From positions 1,018 to 65,017 of the forward strand of contig DFOW01000004.1 in the NCBI GenBank assembly GCA_002376885.1: DNA of 64,000 nucleotides, given 5' to 3'. Made by a program: the position numbers and the translations under genes. Origin of the DNA: Patescibacteria group bacterium UBA3531. Its GTDB lineage: Bacteria > Patescibacteriota > Minisyncoccia > Phycocordibacterales > UBA3531. Positions within the stretch are counted from its first letter, which is position 1. Each line of letters starts with the position of its first letter. The notes under the pieces are model-generated. The model saw nothing but the letters and a program-made list of their open reading frames with translations. It made no database searches and was not told the DNA's origin. This document shows, one piece after another, positions 55,685-64,000 of this stretch.

Positions 55685-56083
55685 CTATTCTACAATGTGC
55701 CCTGTACCATTCTTTTTTGCATCTTCCTTATGAACAGATATATTCTTCATGTAAAGAGACGCGGCTTGGCGACGTCGTGATACATCACCTTTGCCGTCAA
55801 TATAATGTACAAGTGTTGTATGGTGTTTGGCAAGAGTCCTTCGCAAGGCTCGATACCCATGCACAATATTTACCAAAAGTACCCGCAAAAAGTGGAAGAA
55901 CCCTTTTTTTGATTGATGCGCTGCATAATCACCAAGATCAAGAAGAAAGTGTTTTGTTGTCTCAACAAGTGAATGCGTTCTCTCCTCTTCTTCATGTGCG
56001 CGTCTTGCACGGGCAATAAGTACGATCGTCATACCAAGAAGAGCGCCCCATACAAGTGATCCAAAAACTATAAGAGCAGTCAT
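55685..56083 (-). CDS. Membrane-anchored hypothetical protein
   Basis: N-terminal TM helix. Basic. Confidence 0.35.
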   Translation of the reverse strand: MTALIVFGSLVWGALLGMTIVLIARARRAHEEEERTHSLVETTKHFLLDLGDYAAHQSKKGFFHFLRVLLVNIVHGYRALRRTLAKHHTTLVHYIDGKGDVSRRRQAASLYMKNISVHKEDAKKNGTGHIVE

Positions 56084-56108
56084 AAGTACCTTTTAGTATA
56101 CAGGAGTA

Positions 56109-56567
56109 TTAGCGGCCTGTGATTGAGAACCGTGTAAAGTTTCCAACTTCTGTTCGTTCACCAAACTTTTGTGTTGCAGTTTGAATAAGGTCGTCGATAG
56201 TATGAGAAGGATCTTTTACAAAATCACTTTTTACAAGCGTATCTTTATCTGCTGGATTCATGGCAGCAACATGCATTGCAATGTCGTATGCCAACTGTTT
56301 AAATTCTTCGTTTTTTGCAACAAAGTCAGTCTCACACAAAAGCTCTACAATAGCTCCAATGTCGCCATCTCCATGGATATATGCTTGAACAACACCAGAG
56401 TTTAGGTCTCTTCCTGACTTCTTTTCTTTAACGTGAGTCCCTGTTGTTTTTAGAACCTCCATGGCTTTGGCCATGTCTCCTCCCGCTTCCTCAAGAGCTT
56501 TTTTACATTGCATGACAGAAATGCCTGTCTTCTCTCGAAGCTCTTTTACTTGATCGGTTGTGATCAT
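56109..56567 (-). CDS. tsf: Elongation factor Ts (short form)
   Basis: N-terminal UBA-like LREKTGISVMQCKKALEEAGGDMAKAMEVLK. 152 aa, as in many reduced genomes. Confidence 0.9.
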   Translation of the reverse strand: MITTDQVKELREKTGISVMQCKKALEEAGGDMAKAMEVLKTTGTHVKEKKSGRDLNSGVVQAYIHGDGDIGAIVELLCETDFVAKNEEFKQLAYDIAMHVAAMNPADKDTLVKSDFVKDPSHTIDDLIQTATQKFGERTEVGNFTRFSITGR

Positions 56568-56611
56568 CCCAATAAAAATTCTTAAATGCTAATTAAATTC
56601 GACTATCTTTT

Positions 56612-56636
56612 TGTCCCGTGGAATTTTAACGGGACA
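56612..56636 (-). promoter_or_regulatory. Conserved 25-bp perfect palindrome about 45 nt upstream of tsf (between rpsB and tsf)
   Basis: tgtcccgtggaattttaacgggaca, plus the conserved leader TTTAAGAATTTTTATTGGG-ATG in gene orientation. Confidence 0.55.
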
Positions 56637-56643
56637 AGTAGTA

Positions 56644-57339
56644 CTATTCCTTTCCTTCTTTATATGCGTTTTTAATTCTCTCAACAAAAAATTCAATACT
56701 CTTTAGCGAAGCATCATTTGCAACAATTGGATACGTGATTTTTCTGATGTCGCAATCTGAACCAGAAAGCGATACCACTGGTACTCCCATTTTTACTGCT
56801 TCGGTTACCGCAATGTCTTCCTCTTTTGAATCAACAACAAAAAGTGCATCCGGGGTTTTGTCGATTCCTTCGACGCCTCCAAATTTCCGTTCAAGGTCAC
56901 CCATTTCTTTTGCAATTACTCCTTGTTCTTTTTTAGTGTATTTATCAAGTCCTCCTTCTGCCTTTTCTTTTTTGAGTTCGGTGAGACGTTCAATTCTTTT
57001 TCGTACTTCGGTGAAGTTTGTAAGGAGTCCTCCAATCCATCGTTCGGAAACATATGGGGCTTGCGCCTCCTTTGCGGCGGCTTCGATAATCCCTTTTGCT
57101 TCGGGTTTTGTTCCTACAAACAAAAGAGTCTTTCCTGATTCTGCAAGACCTTTTACAAATTTTTCTGCCTCTCCTAAAAGATCCTCAGTCTTTTTAAGGT
57201 CTAATACGTCAAGATTGTGCTTTTTTCCAAAGACAAAGTCCTTTACTGATGCGTGGCGTCTTGCACGAGTAAAAGCAAGGTGAGCCCCCGCTTCAAACAT
57301 TTCGTCTACGGTTGTGCTATCTGATAGTTTTTCTGCCAT
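56644..57339 (-). CDS. rpsB: 30S ribosomal protein S2
   Basis: Full-length S2 homology, directly upstream of tsf. Confidence 0.95.
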   Translation of the reverse strand: MAEKLSDSTTVDEMFEAGAHLAFTRARRHASVKDFVFGKKHNLDVLDLKKTEDLLGEAEKFVKGLAESGKTLLFVGTKPEAKGIIEAAAKEAQAPYVSERWIGGLLTNFTEVRKRIERLTELKKEKAEGGLDKYTKKEQGVIAKEMGDLERKFGGVEGIDKTPDALFVVDSKEEDIAVTEAVKMGVPVVSLSGSDCDIRKITYPIVANDASLKSIEFFVERIKNAYKEGKE

Positions 57340-57462
57340 ATGTCTTTATTTAAACCCGTAAGAGATCCCTACGGGTTGCAGAAAGAATGATAGCAAAAGC
57401 CCCCAAAATATGCAATATAGACTTGTTTTGGGCTATTTTTGTTAGGTTTTAAGAACCTGCCG

Positions 57463-60400
57463 TTAGATTTCTCCACCTCCTGTTACTGCACAATCTAGAG
57501 GGCACACCAATGGGTTCTCTCCAGAAAAGGCCTCACAGATGCCATTACCACAATTGTTTTCATCCCCACCCGTTGGGTCATAACATCCATTCCCCACAGG
57601 ATCAGAGAGACATGCTTCGAGTTCAGGTCCTGGCGGTTCATTATATCCATCAATCCAACATCCCGGATCATTTTCATCAATAAGGCCATCATTGTCATTA
57701 TCGCTTGTATCATCACATACATCACCAAGAGGAGGGTCAATAATCACAATGTCACAATTTGCAGTGTCAACTGAAGATGTAACGTTATCAGTAACTCGAA
57801 ATACAGAAGACCTAAGACCAGTTGTGGGGTACGTTACCCCCGCAATGTCCTCTGTCACGCCGCTCGCATCTCCTGTCCATAAATACGAGAAGTCTCCTGA
57901 TCCCCCAAAAACACTCCCATCCCATGTTACTGGTTGGTTAACTTCTTGCTCAACAAGAGGCACTGCGTTACAAGACACAACAAGTGGAGGAAAAGCAGGG
58001 GGGCCAACAGTAAAAGCTGTAGAAAGACAATTACTGAGCGGGTCTTCATTTTCTTCAACAATGTCATTCTCAGAATCTGCACATAATCGAAGACGATGAT
58101 CCCCCTCTATAGCAGTCCAACCAGAAGAAACAACACTCTCAGTATTCCCGGAAAGAAGTGATGAGATGTCGCCTCCAGAAAGGGTTACATCGTATGAACC
58201 ATTGTCATCTAGATCAATACTGAATTCGTTGGAAAAGGCACCAACATCTTCTGTACCAACATTCTCGATCACTCCTGAAAGTGTTATGACTTCACCCTCC
58301 GAGACATCAGTTGGTTCGGTAAGACTCTCCACCGAAAGATCTGTTATTGGTGCAAAAGCTACCGTTGAATCGTAATAAAATGACCGAAGCCTAAAACCAT
58401 TATCTTCATCCCCTCCTGCACCCTGAACCCGGCACTCCAATGTGTTTAAACCAGTAAATGAAATGTTTGGTGTACTCCATACGCGAGGAAGAAGAACCCC
58501 ACAGGCATTCATATTAAACTGGTCAAATTCATTGACACCATTAATAAAACACTGAACGCGCTCCCCACCTCTTACTTCAAAACCTGCTCGGAGCGTCATT
58601 TCTGGTGGAACTGCCTGGAACTGAAGATACACCTGATCTTTCCAACTGTCACCGTCGGGACAACCGCTTGTTGGTCCTGTGACACACGCAACCGTACCAG
58701 GCCCGGCATTGTCATAACACACTTCACACACTCCTCCTGCATTTATAACCTCCTCAGCGTTACTTATAGAGCATTGTGAATTGTCCCCCCCCTCTGTTGG
58801 ATCAGCTTGTGTCAAGTCAATAACAGGAAACGTTCTTTTTACCTCCCTAAAAGAAATATTATCCACATATAACTTTAATGAATGATATTCCGCAGGGCCC
58901 AAATTTGGTTCTGGCCCTGGGAATGCCGGGCTATGAGTGCTGTCCGGATAATTAAGACAGAAAAAAATACTATCACACAACCTTGTTAGAACATTTTCTG
59001 GACCACCGTGCATTCCTTCGAATTCAAAGTAGAGTCGCGCATTTTCATAGGGAGGAAGATCAGAAAATCCCGCAATCATGCCTGTTCTCGGCGTCTCAAA
59101 CCAAATACCAAACTCACCCAAAGGATTAGAACAAATGTTTGGGTCAGATGGAGTAACATCTCCATCGAGAATTGGCTTACAGTCTTCGTAGTAATCATAG
59201 GAAAGAGATTCCAAATCTATCCTATTATTTCCGTTCTCGTCTGTAATGTACCATTGCCATCCAAATGATTCGTATGAACCTAAGATGGCACGCGGAATAG
59301 AACCATCCGGTGTTAGACCTATAGCAACAGATTCATAGGCATTAAAAACATAGGACCCTGACTGAAACCCCGGAGGAGATATAGTTAAGCCAAATGACAG
59401 TAAGTCACCCGTCTCATCTTCAACAAGACGCTCAAAAACCCCTTCCTGATCTGGTGCCCTCGTTAAAGCTCCAATCCCCGAAAAAAATACGTCATCTCCT
59501 ATGCGTTCAGTAATCACAATATCTGGATCATTCTCGTCAAGGATATATTCAAGAGCATCGGCAGAAGATGGAACAAAAATGGAAATTCCTACCACCGTCA
59601 ACAAAAACATAGAAGTCATAATGCTCTTTTTGTTTTTTTTCATAAAAAAACCTATTACAATAATAACCAAAATAATGACCCCAACAATAAGTATGACAAT
59701 TTTGTTGTCCTGGCGGAAATCAATACCCGAGGAAGGTGTGTCTGCTTTAAGAATAAACACCTCCTCAAAAGAATCGAGCACTTCTCCATCACTTTTTGCC
59801 TCTACCGACAATACTAAACGCTCTACGTCTCGCAAAGAAGAAGACAACGGTATCTGTATATCATAAACAGAATTTTGACCACTAACTGTAATTGTAGATT
59901 CTCCTAAGATTTTTTCTTTATCAGCTTCTTTTACCACCACAGAAATCTCTCCGTTGAACTCACTAGAATCTATCAAAATCTTTGATTCCAAAATTCCTTC
60001 TATTTCTTCATTAAAATCAATTCCCTTTACGTTAACAAACGCACCACGAATCAAAAGAGAGGTATTTAAAACATCAGAAACTCTCTCACCTTTTTCATTT
60101 TCAAACGAAACCATTAACTTATACAATCCTGGAGTGTTGGGTGCAATAAACGATGCTTCGAGTGTTTTGTTCTCTTGTGGCTCTACTGTATTTGCATTAC
60201 TGGTTGTTTCAAGGTCAAATACCTCTCCTGTCCTTGTGTCGCGAACAGAGAAGACCGGTAGTACTGAAAATGACTGAGACGCCCCCTCAACAACAATATC
60301 AACTGAATGCTCTTCAGCCGGCTCAAAAGCATATATATCTAAAAATCTAGGTGTAACACCAACGAGAGGAAGATAAAATGGCACAGAATTCTCTTTATAT

Positions 60401-60885
60401 CGCACGTCTTGTATAGCAATAACAGGGTTTTCTTGTGCTTCTTCTGTATTTCCAAAGGTAACCCTCTCAGGAAAAGTACTAATGATGTCTAACCCATCTG
60501 AAGAAGAAAAGAAGAGCTTAACGTAATACTCTCCAGGCCCAATAGTATTTGGCATTATATGAGAGAACGTAACCAACGTCCTCTCACCAGGAAGAATGGT
60601 TTGTGAACCTTGAATCGACTCGTATGAAAGTGCTTTTCGAGGATTCTCTGAAAGAGCATCTTCTTGCGAGCCAAAGATTCCCACATCATAAAAAATTTCA
60701 ATACTTTTTTCTGCTTTTTTGTTCCCTACAACCGCTCTTCCTTCAATAGAATTTTCTGTTTGTTTTGTAATAGATACATTTTCAACTGAAAGAGAAGGGA
60801 GAAACTGAGCTAACGCTGGAGTAGCCACAAATAAAAACGGTGCCATAAAAAGGCCGCCAAAATAGAACCAATAAAAACCTTTCAT
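57463..60885 (-). CDS. Giant (1140 aa) secreted/surface protein with signal peptide, internal TM helix, and a Cys-rich, Asp-rich (calcium-binding-like DNDNDG) C-terminal region
   Basis: N-terminal signal peptide. An internal hydrophobic helix at about aa 400-420. C-terminal CDDTSDNDNDGLIDENDPGCW and multiple Cys pairs. Confidence 0.5.
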   Translation of the reverse strand: MKGFYWFYFGGLFMAPFLFVATPALAQFLPSLSVENVSITKQTENSIEGRAVVGNKKAEKSIEIFYDVGIFGSQEDALSENPRKALSYESIQGSQTILPGERTLVTFSHIMPNTIGPGEYYVKLFFSSSDGLDIISTFPERVTFGNTEEAQENPVIAIQDVRYKENSVPFYLPLVGVTPRFLDIYAFEPAEEHSVDIVVEGASQSFSVLPVFSVRDTRTGEVFDLETTSNANTVEPQENKTLEASFIAPNTPGLYKLMVSFENEKGERVSDVLNTSLLIRGAFVNVKGIDFNEEIEGILESKILIDSSEFNGEISVVVKEADKEKILGESTITVSGQNSVYDIQIPLSSSLRDVERLVLSVEAKSDGEVLDSFEEVFILKADTPSSGIDFRQDNKIVILIVGVIILVIIVIGFFMKKNKKSIMTSMFLLTVVGISIFVPSSADALEYILDENDPDIVITERIGDDVFFSGIGALTRAPDQEGVFERLVEDETGDLLSFGLTISPPGFQSGSYVFNAYESVAIGLTPDGSIPRAILGSYESFGWQWYITDENGNNRIDLESLSYDYYEDCKPILDGDVTPSDPNICSNPLGEFGIWFETPRTGMIAGFSDLPPYENARLYFEFEGMHGGPENVLTRLCDSIFFCLNYPDSTHSPAFPGPEPNLGPAEYHSLKLYVDNISFREVKRTFPVIDLTQADPTEGGDNSQCSISNAEEVINAGGVCEVCYDNAGPGTVACVTGPTSGCPDGDSWKDQVYLQFQAVPPEMTLRAGFEVRGGERVQCFINGVNEFDQFNMNACGVLLPRVWSTPNISFTGLNTLECRVQGAGGDEDNGFRLRSFYYDSTVAFAPITDLSVESLTEPTDVSEGEVITLSGVIENVGTEDVGAFSNEFSIDLDDNGSYDVTLSGGDISSLLSGNTESVVSSGWTAIEGDHRLRLCADSENDIVEENEDPLSNCLSTAFTVGPPAFPPLVVSCNAVPLVEQEVNQPVTWDGSVFGGSGDFSYLWTGDASGVTEDIAGVTYPTTGLRSSVFRVTDNVTSSVDTANCDIVIIDPPLGDVCDDTSDNDNDGLIDENDPGCWIDGYNEPPGPELEACLSDPVGNGCYDPTGGDENNCGNGICEAFSGENPLVCPLDCAVTGGGEI

Positions 60886-60947
60886 TACTTTAAGTGTATA
60901 TGTATATGGACTTTTAAAAAAGGAAGTCTATCCACACACCACAACAA

Positions 60948-61916
60948 TTAAGGTGTTTTATTTTTTTCCACTTTGTTGGCCTCTTCGTTAAGTGTATCTA
61001 CTACTTGATCAAGATCCCCTCCCAAGATTCCTTCTATGTCGTGCCAGCTTTTTTTAATTCGGTGATCGGTGATCCTATTTTGCGGATAATTGTAAGTTCT
61101 GATTTTTTCGCTTCTGTCCCCTGTTCCGATTTGTGACTTTCTGTCTCCTCCTTCTTCTTTGGAACGACGTTCATCTTCAATCTCTTGAAGTTTTGCCGTT
61201 AAAATCTCCATCGCTTTTTCTCGGTTTCGTAACTGCTTTCGTTCACTTTGGCTCCGCACCACAATCCCTGTTGGTTTGTGGGTAATACGAACCGCTGTCT
61301 CCACCTTATTAACATTTTGACCACCGGCTCCTCCACTCCTTGAAAATTCTACTTCAATATCAGACTCCTTGATCTCTACAGTCGTCTGGGGTCTGATTGG
61401 AAGTACCGCAACCGACGCTGTTGAAGTATGGATACGCCCTTGTTTTTCAGTCGCTGGAATTCGTTGTACACGGTGTACGCCTGACTCATACTGAAGGGCT
61501 TCATATACTCCACGTCCTAAAATAGAAATTGAAACTTCTTTATATCCACCAAGTTCGCTTTTTGATTCATCAGTGATAATAAAATCCCACTTTTTTCGTT
61601 CGGCATATTTTTGATACATTTCCATTAAATTGAGTGCAAAAATACTTGCCTCTTCTCCACCAGCACCTGCTCTAATTTCCATAATAATCTCCTTGGGGGA
61701 CGCGACTTCTTTTTTGTCTTTCTCGATGATAGCCTGCATTTGCCCCATAAGTTCTGACCTATTTTTTTCAATATCTTTTGCTTCTTCTTCTGCGGCTTCT
61801 TTCATTTCGGGATCACCAAAAAGCTCCTCAGCCTCTTTCAACTTGTCTGTTAGCCTTTCATACTCCTGGTAAAGATAGGTAGTTTTTGGATTGTCTTTAA
61901 AATCTTCTGGATTCAT
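60948..61916 (-). CDS. prfA: Peptide chain release factor 1
   Basis: PAT tripeptide (RF1 type) and GGQ motif ([11 protein letters not shown]). Confidence 0.9.
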   Translation of the reverse strand: MNPEDFKDNPKTTYLYQEYERLTDKLKEAEELFGDPEMKEAAEEEAKDIEKNRSELMGQMQAIIEKDKKEVASPKEIIMEIRAGAGGEEASIFALNLMEMYQKYAERKKWDFIITDESKSELGGYKEVSISILGRGVYEALQYESGVHRVQRIPATEKQGRIHTSTASVAVLPIRPQTTVEIKESDIEVEFSRSGGAGGQNVNKVETAVRITHKPTGIVVRSQSERKQLRNREKAMEILTAKLQEIEDERRSKEEGGDRKSQIGTGDRSEKIRTYNYPQNRITDHRIKKSWHDIEGILGGDLDQVVDTLNEEANKVEKNKTP

Positions 61917-62077
61917 CCCGTACGAAATTGTTACTCTTAATCTATCCCTTGCTAGAAATTATATATCCCTTCGACCTAGACATCTGTAGCTATTACGTCT
62001 CCTGCTGAATTTCTGACGGGATAAATAATCAATAAAAAAAAGCCCAGGCCTAATTCAAGGTTTGGACTCTTTCCTAG

Positions 62078-62428
62078 TTACTTCTTTTCTTTCTTGCTTG
62101 CCCCTTCGAAATCTTTTGATTTCGTGTCGGAGTTGGTTCCTCCGGCTTTTCTAACCTTTTCTTTTTTTGCCTTAGGAGTACCTGCTTTTGCCATTCGAGT
62201 CTTGAACTTCTCTACTCGCCCCGCTGTATCTACCACAGTCTCTTTCCCGGTGTAAAAGGGGTGTGATGCGCTTGAGATTTCTACTCTAAAGAGGGGGTAT
62301 TCTTTGCCGTCAGTCCATTTATCAGTTTCTTCAGTCTCTACGGTTGAGGCAATCAAAAACTTCTCGCCACTGGTATTGTCGAAAAAAATAACTGGTCGGT
62401 AGTTTTCTGGGTGAATTTCCTTTTTCAT
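62078..62428 (-). CDS. rpmE: 50S ribosomal protein L31 (type B) with a basic C-terminal extension
   Basis: [18 protein letters not shown]31 N-terminus. The start was moved to the internal Met. Confidence 0.8.
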   Translation of the reverse strand: MKKEIHPENYRPVIFFDNTSGEKFLIASTVETEETDKWTDGKEYPLFRVEISSASHPFYTGKETVVDTAGRVEKFKTRMAKAGTPKAKKEKVRKAGGTNSDTKSKDFEGASKKEKK

Positions 62429-62494
62429 TACCCAGAGACTATATACAAATACGTCCCTAAAATCAAGGTTTTTAGGCCAAAACACCCCCTATAC

Positions 62495-62523
62495 TTGACA
62501 AATATATACAAATATGCTATTAT
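62495..62523 (+). promoter_or_regulatory. Consensus sigma-70 promoter (TTGACA-17-TATTAT) driving a GC-rich two-gene cassette
   Basis: Perfect -35 and near-perfect -10 about 60 nt upstream of SD AAGGAGA and the GTG start. Confidence 0.5.
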
Positions 62524-62585
62524 AAGGGTAGAAACATAGGGAAAGGCATTGTGCCTCCCCTACTGCTCACCACAAGGAGAACATC

Positions 62586-62828
62586 GTGCACTACGAAACG
62601 TTCGTTCGCGACCTGAAGACCAACGAGCTCAACATCGCCGGGCTCATCTTCACTAGCGTGCTCTTCGTGACCTTCGGCCTGATCTACTGCTCCGGCGGCG
62701 CCGCCTTCCTGCCCATCATCATGTTCGGCGCACTGGCGGCCACGATCGCCCTCGGCGAGCTCCGCTACAACAAGAAGCTCCACGAGAAGTGGTTCAAGCA
62801 CGCCAACGAGGGCACGATCTGGACCTGA
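62586..62828 (+). CDS. GC-rich cassette gene 1: small two-TM protein (GTG start), paralogous N-terminus (M-HYETFV)
   Basis: About 60% GC. SD AAGGAGA lies 6 nt upstream of the GTG. TM helices LIFTSVLFVTFGLIY and FLPIIMFGALAATIAL. Confidence 0.45.
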   Translation: MHYETFVRDLKTNELNIAGLIFTSVLFVTFGLIYCSGGAAFLPIIMFGALAATIALGELRYNKKLHEKWFKHANEGTIWT

Positions 62829-62852
62829 TCACACCTGACAGGAGATGAGACC

Positions 62853-63014
62853 ATGGAGACGTTCGTTGACCTCTGGTCGTCCTACGCCATCTGCTACGCT
62901 ATCGGGTTCATGCTCTTGGTTCGCCCGAAGCTTCCGGCAGGTAGCGTCTGGATCAAGGTGTTCTACGGATCGCTTCTGGTCTTCTCAACCGTCGCGTTCC
63001 TACACCAGACCTAA
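62853..63014 (+). CDS. GC-rich cassette gene 2: small two-TM protein (METFVD...), paralog of gene 1
   Basis: SD AGGAGA upstream of the ATG. Shares the ETFV N-terminal motif with the upstream ORF. Followed by the terminator aaagccacttcactcgaagtggcttt plus a T-run. Confidence 0.4.
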   Translation: METFVDLWSSYAICYAIGFMLLVRPKLPAGSVWIKVFYGSLLVFSTVAFLHQT

Positions 63015-63035
63015 GCATGTCTTAAGAACTGCCCA

Positions 63036-63070
63036 AAGCCACTTCACTCGAAGTGGCTTTCTTCATTTTT
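63036..63070 (+). terminator. Rho-independent terminator
   Basis: aaagccacttcac-tcg-aagtggcttt followed by cttcattttt. Confidence 0.6.
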
Positions 63071-63126
63071 CATATCTTTCCAAGAAACCATATTTGAGAG
63101 CGTCTGCCCAAATGTGGTTTCTTAAA

Positions 63127-63600
63127 TTAAGATCTGATTTTTAAAAGTGCCTCAAAAAATCCTTGACCCCAAGCGAGAACTTTACCTTTGGGAGCCACCA
63201 AGGCTTCTGCCTTTTTCTTAAATTTTGTATATTCTTCTAATGCTTCTTCCTCGATATCTTCCCAGACATCACCTATCACGCAATCAAATTTTCTCTTGGA
63301 GTTGTATTCATAAAAATCTCCTATCTGTACATCTCCATGGACAAAACCATCTCTTTTTTTCAACTCTTCAATAAGATCTCCAAGCTTTTCTATCGTAAGA
63401 ACAGATGTCACTTTTTTGTTTTCTAATAGATACCCCTGAACCGCCCCAAGGCCATAACCAGCAACTAAAACATCCCCGTATGCTTGGTCAGCGATCTTTT
63501 TTTGAGCACGACGTTCGACAGGAATATCCCACATCCATAAATAGTCATCTATCCACAGAAATCGATGTCCTTTTTGTTCTAGAATCTCTATTTTCGGCAC
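63127..63600 (-). CDS. Hypothetical protein (possible small Rossmann-like methyltransferase/spermidine-synthase-like fold)
   Basis: VLVAGYGLGAVQGYL glycine-rich motif and DCVIGD. Weak assignment. Confidence 0.35.
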   Translation of the reverse strand: MPKIEILEQKGHRFLWIDDYLWMWDIPVERRAQKKIADQAYGDVLVAGYGLGAVQGYLLENKKVTSVLTIEKLGDLIEELKKRDGFVHGDVQIGDFYEYNSKRKFDCVIGDVWEDIEEEALEEYTKFKKKAEALVAPKGKVLAWGQGFFEALLKIRS

Positions 63601-63609
63601 AAATTCTTT

Positions 63610-63849
63610 TTAATTCCCTTCCAAAATATCAATCTGCTTTTGATATTTAGACGCGAGACCCATTACGTCATCTCCGTAAAATCCATAGGCTGGGTTTGTA
63701 GCATTTGTCCATCCGGCAAAGTAACGGAGGGCTGCCAATCGCTCTGCATCATAACCACCCTCATCGGCACCATTTTCTGACAAGAGAAGAGAGCTTGCCA
63801 TAATTGCATCTTGCGGTGTCCATGGATTTGCAGGGCTTGCCTTACCCAA
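63610..63849 (-). CDS. Hypothetical protein fragment; adjacent overlapping frame suggests possible frameshift or pseudogene
   Basis: Two overlapping minus-strand ORFs (63610-63849 and 63663-63932) in different frames continue to the window edge. Confidence 0.2.
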   Translation of the reverse strand: MGKASPANPWTPQDAIMASSLLLSENGADEGGYDAERLAALRYFAGWTNATNPAYGFYGDDVMGLASKYQKQIDILEGN

Positions 63850-64000
63850 AAGCCGTCTGATTCTGTCTTCGCCTGCTTCATATTGCCATGGCCCTTGCCA
63901 ATAGTCGGTCCATGCCAGACTCCTTTGTGCATTATTGCAATCCCCTGTTTTTGTATTTATAAATCCTCCATAACATACCCAGGTTGATGGAATAAACTGT

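Noticed and set aside
1-64000. CRISPR arrays, rRNA operons, prophage blocks
   Set aside because: No regularly spaced direct repeats, no rRNA-like conserved stretches, and no phage structural gene clusters were seen.

Overview
This is an AT-rich (about 38-40% GC) bacterial chromosome segment with compact, mostly minus-strand housekeeping operons. It carries: rpoB-rpoC; dnaG-rpoD; rpsB-tsf; rpsP-khpA-trmD; dnaE; gyrB; glyQS, thrS and pheS; prfA; rnc, rnr and rnhB; ribosomal proteins L31 and L32; and tRNA-Gly, -His and -Thr. Several traits suggest a Patescibacteria/CPR-like organism: a short EF-Ts, a monomeric PheRS, a lysine-rich tail on sigma-70, and a group I intron in a tRNA gene.

Three things stand out beyond ordinary annotation. 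(1) The left-edge tRNA reads as tRNA-Asn(GUU) split by a 232-nt group I intron with recognisable P/Q/R/S core elements, and it sits beside a partial serine recombinase. (2) About ten small GC-rich (~60% GC) islands lie between AT-rich core genes. Most are mini-gene cassettes with their own canonical sigma-70 promoter, strong SD, often a GTG/TTG start, and a GC-hairpin terminator, and they mostly encode small transmembrane or disordered peptides. (3) Three short repeat or motif families recur: a 110-130-bp GC-rich MITE-like element with terminal inverted repeats (4 copies); a 25-bp palindrome plus conserved leader about 45 nt upstream of glyS, rpoD and tsf; and a 123-bp element closed by 19-bp inverted repeats. 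No CRISPR array, rRNA gene or obvious prophage was seen. I found no single large planted system; the GC-rich cassettes and the intron-containing tRNA are the most unusual content. Coordinates of small features may be off by 1-2 nt.
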